Notes under the pieces: generated by a model
Databases searched by the model: none
The model's input: only the letters and a program-made list of their open reading frames with translations
What the model was told of the DNA's origin: nothing
Shown: positions 10,101 through 19,278 of the stretch, piece after piece
How the letters are laid out: each line of letters starts with the position of its first letter
Position numbering within the stretch: position 1 is the stretch's first letter
Assembly (NCBI GenBank): GCA_002441265.1
Contig: DJVQ01000059.1
Coordinates: 40,940-104,939 of the forward strand
DNA: 64,000 bases
Source of the DNA: Syntrophaceae bacterium UBA6252
GTDB lineage: Bacteria > Desulfobacterota > Syntrophia > Syntrophales > UBA6807
Reading direction: 5' to 3'
Translations under genes and position numbers: made by a program

Positions 10101-10804
10101 CCGATGAAGCCGCTTCCTTCGAGCACCCTGGCATCGGAGAGGAAACCGTCCTGTTTCGCGAAACGGGCGAAGATCTCCATGGTGGGACGGATGATCCGCG
10201 TGTTGATGGAGACCGGGAAATTGAAGACCAGCGTCACCGCCCGGCCGTCCTCCGTGTGTCCGGCCAGGTCGCGGGCCTTTCTCACGGCCTCCCCGATCCG
10301 TTCCGCCCGGAGGGCGATTTCCACCTCTCCCGCCTTCGGACTCGCCACGGTCAGCATCACCGTCGCCGTGTCCCCGAAGTCCTTGATGAAGTCGATGGGC
10401 CCCGCGCCCTCGGGAAGATCCTGGATCCCGTCGAGTTTCCCCTTGATGTCGTCGAATTCCTTGCCCATCTCCACGATGTCCTCGTCGAGGATCACATAGA
10501 CGACGGTCGCGCCCGCCCGGGTGTTGGAAATGATCTTTTCCACCTTGGCGTTCCCGGAGATCTTTTCCTCGAGTTTCCGGGTGACGAGCTGCTCCATCTT
10601 CTCCGCGCTCGCCCCCGGCCACGGGCAGACCGCCACGGCGACCCGGACGGGGATCTCCGGGTCTTTTCTCTTGGGCATTTCGATGACGGCGAACACACCC
10701 CAGAAGACCACCGCCAGAAGAAGGATCCAGGCGACATGGCGGTTGTTCACGAAGAAGCGGGCGCTGTTGAACGAGCGGCTGGAGTCGGGCATCAAAGGTT
10801 CCAA
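7199..10804 (-). CDS. RND family efflux transporter permease (AcrB/HAE-type)
   Basis: 1201 aa with the duplicated 6-TM plus large periplasmic loop architecture. It is the last gene of an OMP-MFP-RND operon. Confidence 0.9.
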   Translation of the reverse strand: MEPLMPDSSRSFNSARFFVNNRHVAWILLLAVVFWGVFAVIEMPKRKDPEIPVRVAVAVCPWPGASAEKMEQLVTRKLEEKISGNAKVEKIISNTRAGATVVYVILDEDIVEMGKEFDDIKGKLDGIQDLPEGAGPIDFIKDFGDTATVMLTVASPKAGEVEIALRAERIGEAVRKARDLAGHTEDGRAVTLVFNFPVSINTRIIRPTMEIFARFAKQDGFLSDARVLEGSGFIGLDGLTEKTDGELRAYGERFIRERLHASEFHPDSWPPVLIRDPMAAREILARSAGDKYTYRELDDFTDLIQKTLHTVPEVSKVTRHGILPERIFLEYSQERLAAYGLQPGKIRDLLYARNITLPGGIFEATGRNLSIDPSGEFKSEREIGDVIIAATAQGAPVYLRDLVDVLRGYENPARFLNFYTWRDGSGAWQRNRSVTLAVQMRPDEKVDAFGRAVDGMMENLKRRLPEDLILAKTSDQPLQVKENVDLFMKSLYEAIALVVLIAFIGFWEWRSALLLAAAIPLTLAMTFGMMHLLGLDLQQVSIGSLILSLGLLVDVPVVAGDAIKRELATGTPPLTAAWTGPTKLAKAMFFATVTNIVAYLPFLILKGDIGRFLYTLPVVLTCALVCSWIVSLTFTPLLSFHLLRKGKKMEPSMEERRTRGFTGLYFRVGGFAIANRWKVLAASLTFLVLGGFLFSHLKTQFFPKDTNALSYVDVWLPEDATLSETNAVAVQAEAAVQRATERPGGGSHLRSITSFVGGGGPRFWLAAQPEQQQLHYAQLILQMYDKRDTERLADAIQDVLSREIAGARLDVRQLENAEPVGIPVSVRLSGEDIPTLREFAGKLKEIFRSIPEAERIRDNWGAESFAVRLRVDPDRANLAGVSNLDVALSSVAGMSGFPVSVLREGNRQIPILVRLRQQERAQLSDIENLYVYSLEGNQKVPLRQVSTIDYAMETGTIMRRNQFRTFTVSCFPIPGVLPSQVIKKAVPMLNELARTLPPGYRLEIGGEQEEQIKGFKQLTLVMIISIFAIFIALVIQFKNAVKPFIVFAAIPYGMAGAVIALSVMGTSFGFMAFLGVISLIGVIISHIIVLFDFIEEMHQKGEPLQQALLDAGIVRLRPVMITVAATVFALFPLAIHGGTLWQPLCFAQIGGLTVATFITLLLVPVLYAIAVLDLGIVKWEERNGGNTGDLSGGGLPSSNNA

Positions 10805-10830
10805 ATTCCGTTTACCTGTTTCACGCGGGC

Positions 10831-11952
10831 TCAGGGGATGATTTTCACCCGTTCGCCGTCCGCGAGGAGCGGGGCGCCGGTGGTGACGATTTCTTCGCCC
10901 GCCTTCAGACCCTCGATGACGGCCACGCTGTTTCCGAGGATGTCCCCGGGCCGGATGACGCGGATCCGGGCGACGGCTTCGTCGCCTTCTCTTGCCACGA
11001 CGAAGACCGCGTAGCCTTCGGGAGCGGCCCCGGGCCGCACGACGGCGTTCAGGGGAACGACGGGAAGCGGTTTCTCCGTCTTGGCGGCATCGATGGTCAG
11101 TGAGGCGATCATCCCCGCCTTGAGCCGTTTTCCGGGATTCGGCACGGTGATTTCCACGGAAAAGACCCGGCTTTGCGGATCGGCCGATGGGGAGATGGTC
11201 GTGATTCTTCCCGGAAAGCGTTCTCCCGGGAACACCTCCGTCAGGATGGACTGGGGAGTTCCGACCCGGAGGGTTTCCACGACCACGTCGGGGACGCCGA
11301 AGACGGCCTTCACGGAGGAGATGTCGGCGAGGACGAATGCCGGGGACCCCGGACCGGCGAGGGTCCCGATCTCGATCAGCCGTTTCAGGATCACCCCGTC
11401 CATGGGGGCCTTCAGGCGGCAGTCCCCGAGTGCCGTTTTCGCCTCCTCCAGGACGGCCCTGGCGCCGCGGACCTTCGATTCCGTGACCTCGTAACGGGTG
11501 CGGACCCCGTCGCGGTCCGCCCGGGTCATGCTGTTCTCGCGAAAGAGGTTTTCCGCCCGCTCCAGGTCCCGGGCGGCGTTCGACAGGGCGGATTCGGCCT
11601 CGGCGAGGCCGGCCCTTGCCTGGTCCACCCTGGCAAGGTATTCCGTTTCCCTGAGCCGGGTGAGAACGTCGTCGAAACGGACAAAATCCCCTTCCTGGAG
11701 GATCGGCGACCCTTTGTCCGTCGAACTTTTACGGATTTCCTCCACGTAGCCCCCCACCCGGAAGGAGAGAGTCACCTGGCGGTAGGGGACGATGCTTGCG
11801 GCGTAGCGGGAAGCGTCCTTCCCGGCACTTTCGGTGACCACGGTGACGCGGACCGCCTTGAGGGGCTTCTCGTATTCCTGCCGGCGATCGCATCCCGGAA
11901 GGAGTAGAAACGCCGCGACGATAAACAACGCAAGGGATCTTCTCCCGATCAT
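10831..11952 (-). CDS. RND efflux periplasmic adaptor (membrane fusion protein), lipoprotein
   Basis: It has a lipobox LLLPGC, coiled-coil hairpin and beta-barrel regions typical of the HlyD/AcrA family, and its start abuts the TolC-like stop. Confidence 0.85.
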   Translation of the reverse strand: MIGRRSLALFIVAAFLLLPGCDRRQEYEKPLKAVRVTVVTESAGKDASRYAASIVPYRQVTLSFRVGGYVEEIRKSSTDKGSPILQEGDFVRFDDVLTRLRETEYLARVDQARAGLAEAESALSNAARDLERAENLFRENSMTRADRDGVRTRYEVTESKVRGARAVLEEAKTALGDCRLKAPMDGVILKRLIEIGTLAGPGSPAFVLADISSVKAVFGVPDVVVETLRVGTPQSILTEVFPGERFPGRITTISPSADPQSRVFSVEITVPNPGKRLKAGMIASLTIDAAKTEKPLPVVPLNAVVRPGAAPEGYAVFVVAREGDEAVARIRVIRPGDILGNSVAVIEGLKAGEEIVTTGAPLLADGERVKIIP

Positions 11953-13299
11953 TCAATCCACCCCCATGGCTTTTTCCAGGTCGGCCCGGGCCTTCCAGAG
12001 ATCGAGAACGGCCCCGTCGAATTTCCGGGTCGCATCGCGGAAGGAGGCCTCGTCCTGCAGGACGTCCTTCAGGAGGGCCGCCTTTTCCCGGTAACGGTTC
12101 ATGGTGATCCTGAGCCTCTCCCTGGACGCCTCCTTGCGAAGCCGGGCGGTGTCGATGGCCGCCCGCGCCTCATCCAGCTTCCGAAGCCGGAAGCGGACAT
12201 CGGAGAGGACGAGGGCCTCCGCTTCCCGGCGGCCGTTTTTCGCCTGAAGGATCATCCGTTCCCGTTCCTCCAACTCCCTCCGTTTCCTTCCCCAGTCGAA
12301 GCACTCCCACGTCAGGATGAGTCCCACCGACGCCGCCTCCTCCGGGAGGACCTCCACGTTGTGCAGTCGGGCGTAATTCAGGGCGAGGCTCAGGTCGGGG
12401 ATGTACTCCGCTTTTTTCATCCGTTTCCCGTATTCGGCCTGATCCACCCTGAGCCGGGCTTCCAGGAGTTCGGGCCGGCTCGCCAGGGCTTTTTCCGCCG
12501 CCGTTCCGCCGTCCACCTCGAAGGGGGCCGGTTCCGGAATCGGAGCGACCTCGAAGGCGGTTTCGATGTCACGTCCCATGAGGCGGTTCAGTTCCTCCTT
12601 CCGGGACCGGATGGCGTGGCCGACGGTGCGCTCGTCGTCGAGCGCCCCGGAGAGATTGGCTTCCACTTCCAGGCCGTCCACGGAAAGGGCGACCCCCTCG
12701 CGGATGAACTGGTCCACGACCCGCCGGAGTTCCCGGTAGAACGACACCGTTTCCCGGGCGGCGGCGAGGGCGTTCTGGAGGCTGAGGATCTCGAAGTAGC
12801 TGTGGCGGATTTCGTTCGCCACCGTCTGATGGCGGATCCGGAGGGCTTCCCGGGCAAGGTCCCGGGAAATCTCGAGGAACTCGATTCCCAGGCCGATCCT
12901 GTACTGCTGGGAGAGGGGCTGGGTGACGCGGGCCAGGGCATAGGTGGCGAACCGGGGCTCGGTGGAAATGTCCGTGTCCTCCGCCGGGATGGGACCGATG
13001 ACGGGGTTGTCCCCGAACACGCCTTTCTTGAATTCGAAGTCGAGGGTCTTCAGAAGGCGGGACTCCATGACGTACAGCTCGAAGGAGGGGTAGCGCTTCG
13101 TTCGGGCGGCGGCGATCTGGTCCTCCATCTTGTCAACCTCGATGGCGGCGTTCCGGGAGAGCCGGTTTTCCTCCGTGCCCAGGCGGAGTGCTTCTTCGAG
13201 GGTCAGGATCTGGGAACGGGCAGGCGCGGCCACCCAGAAAATAAGGAGGAATACCGGAAAGAAAAAAAACGCCGCCGTCCATCTGGGATGCTGATTCAT
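11953..13299 (-). CDS. TolC-family outer membrane efflux protein
   Basis: It has a signal peptide (FFFFPVFLLIFWVAAPARSQ) and a repeated alpha-helical/OEP pattern. It is the first gene of the efflux operon. Confidence 0.85.
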   Translation of the reverse strand: MNQHPRWTAAFFFFPVFLLIFWVAAPARSQILTLEEALRLGTEENRLSRNAAIEVDKMEDQIAAARTKRYPSFELYVMESRLLKTLDFEFKKGVFGDNPVIGPIPAEDTDISTEPRFATYALARVTQPLSQQYRIGLGIEFLEISRDLAREALRIRHQTVANEIRHSYFEILSLQNALAAARETVSFYRELRRVVDQFIREGVALSVDGLEVEANLSGALDDERTVGHAIRSRKEELNRLMGRDIETAFEVAPIPEPAPFEVDGGTAAEKALASRPELLEARLRVDQAEYGKRMKKAEYIPDLSLALNYARLHNVEVLPEEAASVGLILTWECFDWGRKRRELEERERMILQAKNGRREAEALVLSDVRFRLRKLDEARAAIDTARLRKEASRERLRITMNRYREKAALLKDVLQDEASFRDATRKFDGAVLDLWKARADLEKAMGVD

Positions 13300-13463
13300 G
13301 GGGAAATTCTCCTGCCGGTATACGTCCGGGCATTATACATGATCCTGCGGAAACGTCAAATGGGCGTGATCATTCGATTCTGTGCGAAGGCGGCCGGGTC
13401 GGAATCCACAAGAACTGTGGGGAATCGGGAGGGGCGGGTCGCATCCCGGGCGGACGGAAACCA

Positions 13464-13595
13464 CCGGCCCTGAAGGGCCGGACTACAGAGACGGAAGGCG
13501 TTCGCGGATCTCCCTGTAGTCCGGGGCTTCAGCCCCGGGTGGCACCCCGGCCCCGGGTGGATGCACAAGGGACCGCCGGCCCTGAAGGGCCGGAC
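13464..13595. repeat. cluster of GC-rich REP-like hairpin palindromes
   Basis: CCGGCCCTGAAGGGCCGGAC occurs twice (13464-13483 and 13576-13595), and each copy is itself a hairpin. Between the copies lie a 9-bp inverted repeat GGACTACAG/CTGTAGTCC (13480-13488 / 13514-13522) and the hairpin CCGGGGCTTCAGCCCCGG (13521-13538). Confidence 0.6.
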
Positions 13596-13648
13596 GACAT
13601 TGGATGGGTGTCGCAGGTGCGGTTTCACGAGGTCCGGAACGGCGGGTG

Positions 13649-15226
13649 TCAGGAGAGGCCTTCCTCGGGAAGGGCCTTTTCGAGACGGTTCAGCGCCAGC
13701 GCCAGGGCGGCCCTGGCCCAGTTGAGGGGAACCACGGGGGAGGGGAGCAGGAGGGCCTTTCCGCGGAGGATCACCGTGTTGATGCTTTCCGGAGGGAGAA
13801 GGGGGGGGACGGCGGTTCCGTCGGCGGCGACGGGTTCCTCGCCGCGCATATTTCCCGTGAGCTGTCCCAGGGCGCGCTTGAGGTGGACCGCCGCCAGGAA
13901 GAGGTCCCGTTTTTTCAGCAGAGGGTCCTCCGTGACAAAGGAGGCCTCCAGCCTTGCCGGGACGAGCAGGCTGTCGAAGAACCACTGGGCCTCCGTGTGG
14001 GGAATGAATCCCCGGAACCGGTCCAGGAACGCCGCATGGCCGGAGGCGTCGGCGGTCTCGACGGGCGCCGCCGGCTTTTCTCCTTCTTTCCTCCGGATCC
14101 AGGCGTTTCCCGACTGATAGCTGTCGTTCACGTACCGGATCACGCCAGCGGGCCGCTTCAGGGTGTTCACGATCTGAAGGACCGACCGCCGTTCTTCACC
14201 GGTGAGCCCCTCCAGGGGGGAAGGGAAGAGAAGGGCGATCAGGCAGGCGTCGGCCCGCCGGTACCGGATGTCCCCGGGGTCGTAGTCCGGCGATTCCCCT
14301 CCAAGTTCGAGCTGTCTTCGGACGGCGGCCAGTCCCCGGGCGATGAGGGCGGAAAGGCGTTCCTCCCGCCATCCGAATCCGGCGGCCCCTTTTTCCGTGC
14401 CCAGTTTTTTCCGAAGCGCCGCGACGAAAGGTCCGGCGGGACCGTCGCCCTTTTCCGGGACGGCCAGTCCCTTCCAGAGCTGAAGGGCCCTCGTGACGAG
14501 TCCGATGCTGGAGGTGTTCCTCCGGTCGATCTCCTCCCATGCGCCGGCGTCCTCGTACCGTTCGAACCGGATGGCGTTGAAGAAGGCGGGAAAACGGATC
14601 AGGGCGGCGTACCGGCCCGCCGTCAGGTCCCTCGCCGTCAGGGCGCCTTCCCCCGCCGCCAGGGCGAGGGCGATGAGGAACAGGCCGTGGGCGTCGTTCT
14701 GCTTGTGGTTCCAATCGATCGGTTTTCCCCGGAAGGTCACGTCTTCCAGGGAGGGGGAGTTCCCGTCGAACCGGATGTGGGGGACACGCATCCGGTCCTT
14801 CCCGTGCTCGGGGCGGGCGAGAACGTCGTCGAACCGGGCGATCTGGGCCCGCGATCCGTAATAGTCCCAGAGGGCCAGGAGGAGCCTGCGGGCGTCGCCG
14901 AGGTGCCGGGGGTCCTCACGGAGGGCGAACCAGGCCCAGGCCGCGTCGCGAACCCAGACGGCGTCGTAGCCGATGGGATCCGTCTCTCCCTGGTGGACCC
15001 GGTCGGCGGCCCGGACGAATCCCCGTGGCGTGAGGGGGATCTCCAGGGAAGGCGCGAGGGCCTCCCGGATGCCCCGGAGCCCCTCCGGGGTGAGCGGTTC
15101 CGAAATCCACCGGGCGGCCAGTGGATGGAAAACGGCCACGAATTCCCCTTCCGGGGCGAGGAAGTATCGGCACGTGGCGCGGGAGGGGACGGACGGCACT
15201 CCCCGGTCCCCCCGTTTCTTTTTCAT
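13649..15226 (-). CDS. GH15 / phosphorylase-kinase alpha-beta-like (glucoamylase-fold) protein
   Basis: The start is taken at MKKKRGD (ATG 15226), which avoids overlap with the upstream permease. Motifs such as YDAVWVRDAAW, WNHKQNDAHG and YEDAGAWEE resemble the (alpha/alpha)6 GH15-related family. The assignment is from memory only. Confidence 0.5.
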   Translation of the reverse strand: MKKKRGDRGVPSVPSRATCRYFLAPEGEFVAVFHPLAARWISEPLTPEGLRGIREALAPSLEIPLTPRGFVRAADRVHQGETDPIGYDAVWVRDAAWAWFALREDPRHLGDARRLLLALWDYYGSRAQIARFDDVLARPEHGKDRMRVPHIRFDGNSPSLEDVTFRGKPIDWNHKQNDAHGLFLIALALAAGEGALTARDLTAGRYAALIRFPAFFNAIRFERYEDAGAWEEIDRRNTSSIGLVTRALQLWKGLAVPEKGDGPAGPFVAALRKKLGTEKGAAGFGWREERLSALIARGLAAVRRQLELGGESPDYDPGDIRYRRADACLIALLFPSPLEGLTGEERRSVLQIVNTLKRPAGVIRYVNDSYQSGNAWIRRKEGEKPAAPVETADASGHAAFLDRFRGFIPHTEAQWFFDSLLVPARLEASFVTEDPLLKKRDLFLAAVHLKRALGQLTGNMRGEEPVAADGTAVPPLLPPESINTVILRGKALLLPSPVVPLNWARAALALALNRLEKALPEEGLS

Positions 15227-15251
15227 GGCCTTTCCCTCCGCTTTTCCCTTC

Positions 15252-15953
15252 TCATATGGATTTCCTCCAGGCAAGGCGTCTTTCGAGCCACCGGGACAGC
15301 TCCGTGAGGGCAAAGCAGAGGATGAAATAGAGGACGGCGATGAAGGCGAAGATCTCCGTGGGGTAGACCATGGTCCGGTTGTTCACCTGGGTGGCCACGT
15401 GGGTCAGCTCGGAGACCCCGACGATGAAGGCGAGGGAAGTGTCCTTGATGAGGGAAACGAACTGGTTCACGAACGAGGGGATCATGTTCCGGAGGGCCTG
15501 CGGCAGGATGATGTACAGCATGGCCTGGTTGTGCCCCAGACCGGTCGAGAGGGCCGCTTCCATCTGGCCCCTGGGGATGCTCTCGATCCCCGCCTGGACG
15601 ATCTGGGACATGTAGGCCGACGTGAAGAGCGTGAGGGCGGCGATGACCGTCCAGCTTTCCGGGGCGGGACGGCCGAGGAGCCAGGGCAGGAGAAAGTACA
15701 TCCAGAAGATGACCATGAGCAGGGGAATCCCCCGGACCGCGTTGACGAAGGCCAGCGTTGCGTAACGGATCGGGCGGTTCCGGGACACGCACAGCATTCC
15801 CAGGATCAGGCCGCCGAAGAAGGACAGGATGCAGGACACGACGGCAAGGTAGAGGGTCAGCAGGAGCCCGCCGACGGGTCCGCTCGGATAGCGGCCGATC
15901 ATGAAGTGGGCCATGTTGTCCCAGATGACCTGAAAGTGAAATCCCGTGTCCAT
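15252..15953 (-). CDS. amino acid ABC transporter permease (His/Glu/Gln/Arg/opine family)
   Basis: The start is at MDTGFHF (ATG 15953), 3 nt after the upstream stop. It has the EAA-like loop IESIPRGQMEAALSTGL. Confidence 0.85.
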   Translation of the reverse strand: MDTGFHFQVIWDNMAHFMIGRYPSGPVGGLLLTLYLAVVSCILSFFGGLILGMLCVSRNRPIRYATLAFVNAVRGIPLLMVIFWMYFLLPWLLGRPAPESWTVIAALTLFTSAYMSQIVQAGIESIPRGQMEAALSTGLGHNQAMLYIILPQALRNMIPSFVNQFVSLIKDTSLAFIVGVSELTHVATQVNNRTMVYPTEIFAFIAVLYFILCFALTELSRWLERRLAWRKSI

Positions 15954-15955
15954 GG

Positions 15956-16663
15956 TCAGCGCATCCCGATCGGATTGAGGACTTTCCTGTCGTAAACGGT
16001 CACCATCACGGTGATGACCACGGAAATGACCAGATAGACCAGGGTTGCGGCGGTAAACGCCTCGAACCCCTTGAAGGTGTAACTTTCCACCTGCCTCGCC
16101 TGGTAGGTCAGCTCTGCGACCCCGATGGTCATGGCCAGGGACGAGTTTTTCGTCAGGTTCAGGAACTGGCTGATCAGCGGCGGGATCGTGATCCTCACGG
16201 CCTGGGGGAGAATGATGTACTGCATGGCGCGAACGTAGGAAAAGCCGGAACTCCGGGCGGCCTCCATCTGTTCCTTGGGGATCGACCGGATCCCGGAGCG
16301 GATGTCCTCGGCGATGAACGCCGACGTGTAGATGGTCAGGGCGATGACGGCCGACGCGAACTCGAAGTCGTGGCGGTTCAGCCAGTCGTTGAGGAACAGG
16401 GGCAGGATCTTGTAGGATCCGAAGTACCAGAAGAAGATCTGGACCAGAAGCGGGGTGTTCCGGAAAAATTCCAGGTATCCGACGGCGGCCCACCGCATGG
16501 GACCGAGGGGGCTCATGCGCATGATGGCGACGAGAAGGCCGAGGAGAAAGGAGAGGACGATGGAGACGAGGGACAGCTTGATGGTGATCTCAACGCCCGA
16601 GACAAGCCACCAGAAATACTGGCCCGACGTGATCACCGACCAGTCGAATTCGTAACCGGACAT
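15956..16663 (-). CDS. amino acid ABC transporter permease
   Basis: 235 aa with the loop IRSIPKEQMEAARSSGFS typical of polar amino-acid uptake permeases. Confidence 0.85.
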   Translation of the reverse strand: MSGYEFDWSVITSGQYFWWLVSGVEITIKLSLVSIVLSFLLGLLVAIMRMSPLGPMRWAAVGYLEFFRNTPLLVQIFFWYFGSYKILPLFLNDWLNRHDFEFASAVIALTIYTSAFIAEDIRSGIRSIPKEQMEAARSSGFSYVRAMQYIILPQAVRITIPPLISQFLNLTKNSSLAMTIGVAELTYQARQVESYTFKGFEAFTAATLVYLVISVVITVMVTVYDRKVLNPIGMR

Positions 16664-16794
16664 GAAACGCCATCCTCATGGCTGCCGGGGGGTGTTCCCG
16701 CGGGACGCCGCCCGGCTCCGGGGCAAAGAAGACCGGTCATCCCTCCCCGGGGGGATGACCGGCGCATCGGGCATTTTCCGGAAAAAACCGGATC

Positions 16795-17619
16795 CTACTC
16801 GTATTTGCGATCCGCGGTGATGGTGAAATCCCGCGACATGGGCTGGTCCGAACCGGGTCCGAACCATTTTTCGAATATTTTCTTCGCCTCGCCGTTTTTC
16901 TCCATTTCAAGGAGGGTGTCGTTGACGAACTTGCGGAACTTGGGGTTCCCCATGCGGATGCCGAGGCCGTAGGGCTCGTCGGAGATCCGGATGGCGGCGA
17001 TTTCGAACGCTTCCTTGTTGGGGGCCTTTCCCAGGATCCCCGCCAGGATGGACTCGTCCGTCGTCACGGCGACCACCTTGCCCTGCTGCAGGGCCAGGAA
17101 GGCCTGGGGGTAATCGTCGAAGGAAAGAATGGTCGAGTGGGGCAGGGCCTTCGAGGCGTTCTGCTCGGAGGTCGATCCCTTGGCGGTGCCGATCTTCTTC
17201 CCGTCCAGGTCGGCCAGCGATTTCACGGTGCCCTTCCGGACGAGGAACTTCTGGCCCGTCAGGAAGTAGGTGTTGCTGAAGTCCAGCTGTTTCGCCCGCT
17301 CCGGCGTGTAGGTCATGGTGGCGGCCACGATGTCGATGTTTCCCGAAAGAAGCTGGGGAATCCTGGTTCCCGACGTGACGGTCTTGAGTTCCAGCTTCAC
17401 GCCCATGGCGTCGGCGAGGTACTTCACGAAATCGACATCGTACCCGACGACTTCACGGGTTTTCTGATCGATGTACCCGAATCCGGCGGTGGAATCCTTC
17501 ACGCCGGCCACGAGGGTGCCCCTGGCTTTTACGGCATCGAACGTGTCCTCCGCCGCCGCGAGCCCGGCCCATCCGACAATCAACAGGACAACCGCAGACA
17601 AGAAAACGAGTCTCTTCAT
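16795..17619 (-). CDS. amino acid ABC transporter substrate-binding protein
   Basis: It has a signal peptide and an SBP family 3 pattern (GTLVAGVKDSTAGFGY, DIVAATMTYTPER). Confidence 0.85.
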   Translation of the reverse strand: MKRLVFLSAVVLLIVGWAGLAAAEDTFDAVKARGTLVAGVKDSTAGFGYIDQKTREVVGYDVDFVKYLADAMGVKLELKTVTSGTRIPQLLSGNIDIVAATMTYTPERAKQLDFSNTYFLTGQKFLVRKGTVKSLADLDGKKIGTAKGSTSEQNASKALPHSTILSFDDYPQAFLALQQGKVVAVTTDESILAGILGKAPNKEAFEIAAIRISDEPYGLGIRMGNPKFRKFVNDTLLEMEKNGEAKKIFEKWFGPGSDQPMSRDFTITADRKYE

Positions 17620-17636
17620 ACGCTCCTCCTTCGATT

Positions 17637-18371
17637 TCAGTGCATGGGCGACAGGATTTCCTTCAGGAATTCCTTCGCCCGTTCATGCCGGGGATTCCTG
17701 AAGAACTCCTCCGGCTTCGCCTCCTCGAGGATCTTTCCGTAATCCATGAACGTGATGCGGTCGGACACTTCCCGGGCGAATCCCATTTCGTGGGTCACCA
17801 CGACCAGGGTCATCCCCGTGTGGGCCAGTCCTTTCATGACCTGGAGCACTTCGCCGATCATCTCGGGATCCAGGGCGGACGTGGGCTCGTCGAAGAGCAT
17901 GATCCGCGGCTTCATGGCCAGGGCCCGGGCGATGGCCACACGCTGCTGCTGCCCGCCGGAGAGCTGGGCGGGGTAGGCGTCCCTCTTTTCCGCCAGGCCG
18001 ACCCTTTCGAGAAGGGCCATGGCCTGCTCCTCCGCGTCTTTCCGGCTCAGGCGGCGGATCTTGATCGGTGCCAGGGTGATGTTCCTGAGGGTGGACAGGT
18101 GGGGGTACAGGTTGAACTGCTGGAAGACGAACCCGATCTCCGCCCGAAGCCGGGTGATGTCCGTCCCGGGATCGGACAGGTCCCTCCCGTCGACGACGAG
18201 GGTTCCCTTCTGAATCGGTTCAAGCTTGTTGATGGTCCGGATGAGCGTCGACTTTCCCGAGCCCGAGGGACCGCAGACGACCACCGTTTCCCCCTGTTTC
18301 ACGGTGAAGTCGATGTCGTTGAGGACGTGAAGCGTGCCGAACCATTTGTGCACGCCTTGAAAGCGGATCAT
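17637..18371 (-). CDS. amino acid ABC transporter ATP-binding protein (GlnQ-like)
   Basis: Walker [10 protein letters not shown], signature LSGGQQQR and Walker [13 protein letters not shown] are present. I prefer ATG 18371 (MIRFQGV, GGAGA SD); the track start is 18419. Confidence 0.9.
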   Translation of the reverse strand: MIRFQGVHKWFGTLHVLNDIDFTVKQGETVVVCGPSGSGKSTLIRTINKLEPIQKGTLVVDGRDLSDPGTDITRLRAEIGFVFQQFNLYPHLSTLRNITLAPIKIRRLSRKDAEEQAMALLERVGLAEKRDAYPAQLSGGQQQRVAIARALAMKPRIMLFDEPTSALDPEMIGEVLQVMKGLAHTGMTLVVVTHEMGFAREVSDRITFMDYGKILEEAKPEEFFRNPRHERAKEFLKEILSPMH

Positions 18372-18589
18372 TCCCGTCTCCAGAGCCGAGGGGCGCCCGT
18401 CGATCGTGTCCGGTTGCAATCAACCGCCATGGTTCTATTCCCTTGCGATCGAAAAATCAAGGCAAACTTTCCCCGGACCCACGAAAACGGGTGGAAGCGT
18501 CCCCGTGATCCTTCGGGATCGGAAGGGTCGATCGATCCGGCAAAATGCTTGCCCGATCCCTTCCCATCGGGTAAACTGCGTTTTGCGGA

Positions 18590-18612
18590 ACCCGCCGGGC
18601 GGTCGGGCGGGT
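18590..18612 (+). promoter_or_regulatory. GC-rich stem-loop in the leader of the yjdF-like gene
   Basis: ACCCGCC-(9 nt)-GGCGGGT is followed by TTCCCATTTCC, about 30 nt before ATG 18643. Further small hairpins lie upstream (GATCC-TTCG-GGATC and CCGAT..ATCGG). Confidence 0.3.
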
Positions 18613-18642
18613 TCCCATTTCCAGCGCTCCGGGATGCCGTGA

Positions 18643-19263
18643 ATGAATGTAACGTGGTTCGTCATTTTCTTCGCCGTTCTTCTGTGGTCGGCCGTCCATC
18701 CGAAGGACTGTTTCACGTGGTTTCTCGAGGTGTTTCCCGCCCTGGCGGCCTTCGTGGTCCTCGTCGCCACCCGGAGGCGCTTTCCCCTCACGAGGCTTTC
18801 GTACGGGCTCATCCTGATCCACAGCATCATCCTGATGGTGGGGGGACACTACACCTACGCGGAGGTGCCCCTGTTCAACTGGATCCGGGACGCCTTCGAA
18901 ATGGGGAGAAACAACTACGACAAGGTGGGCCACCTTGCCCAGGGCTTCGTCCCGGCCGTCGTGATCCGGGAGATCATCATCCGGTTGCGCCTCGTCTCGG
19001 GGCGGCGATGGACCCATTTCTTCGTCGTTGCCACCTGCCTCGCCGTCAGCGCCTTCTATGAACTCATCGAATGGTGGGTCGCCGTCCTGGCGGGGGCGTC
19101 CTCGGAGGCCTTCCTGGGAACCCAGGGCTACGCCTGGGACACCCAGTCCGACATGGCCATGGCCCTCGTCGGCGCCGTTCTGGCCCTGGTCCTCCTCGGC
19201 AGGATCCACGACAGGCAGTTGGCGGCCCTGCCGGGATCGGCGGTCGAAAAGCCCTCGCCCTGA
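18643..19263 (+). CDS. yjdF: YjdF-family inner membrane protein (DUF2238)
   Basis: 206 aa and polytopic. The conserved-looking stretch NNYDKVGHLAQGFVPA...YELIEW matches my memory of DUF2238/YjdF. Confidence 0.7.
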   Translation: MNVTWFVIFFAVLLWSAVHPKDCFTWFLEVFPALAAFVVLVATRRRFPLTRLSYGLILIHSIILMVGGHYTYAEVPLFNWIRDAFEMGRNNYDKVGHLAQGFVPAVVIREIIIRLRLVSGRRWTHFFVVATCLAVSAFYELIEWWVAVLAGASSEAFLGTQGYAWDTQSDMAMALVGAVLALVLLGRIHDRQLAALPGSAVEKPSP

Positions 19264-19278
19264 ACGGGCGGCCGTGAT

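Noticed and set aside
7397-11014. A 1205-aa plus-strand ORF antisense to the RND permease and adaptor.
   Set aside because: It mirrors a clearly genuine 1201-aa RND gene and its composition is typical of a shadow ORF.
13356-15307. Several long ORFs (13356..13985 minus, 13539..14117 plus, 13604..15307 plus) around the GH15-like gene and the hairpin region.
   Set aside because: They overlap the better-supported 13649..15226 minus-strand gene or the repeat-rich intergenic region. Their products are low-complexity with no SD or motifs.
17640-19061. A 473-aa plus-strand ORF, and 18457..19209 on the minus strand.
   Set aside because: They are antisense to the ABC ATPase and the yjdF-like gene respectively, and they run through the intergenic region with no motifs.
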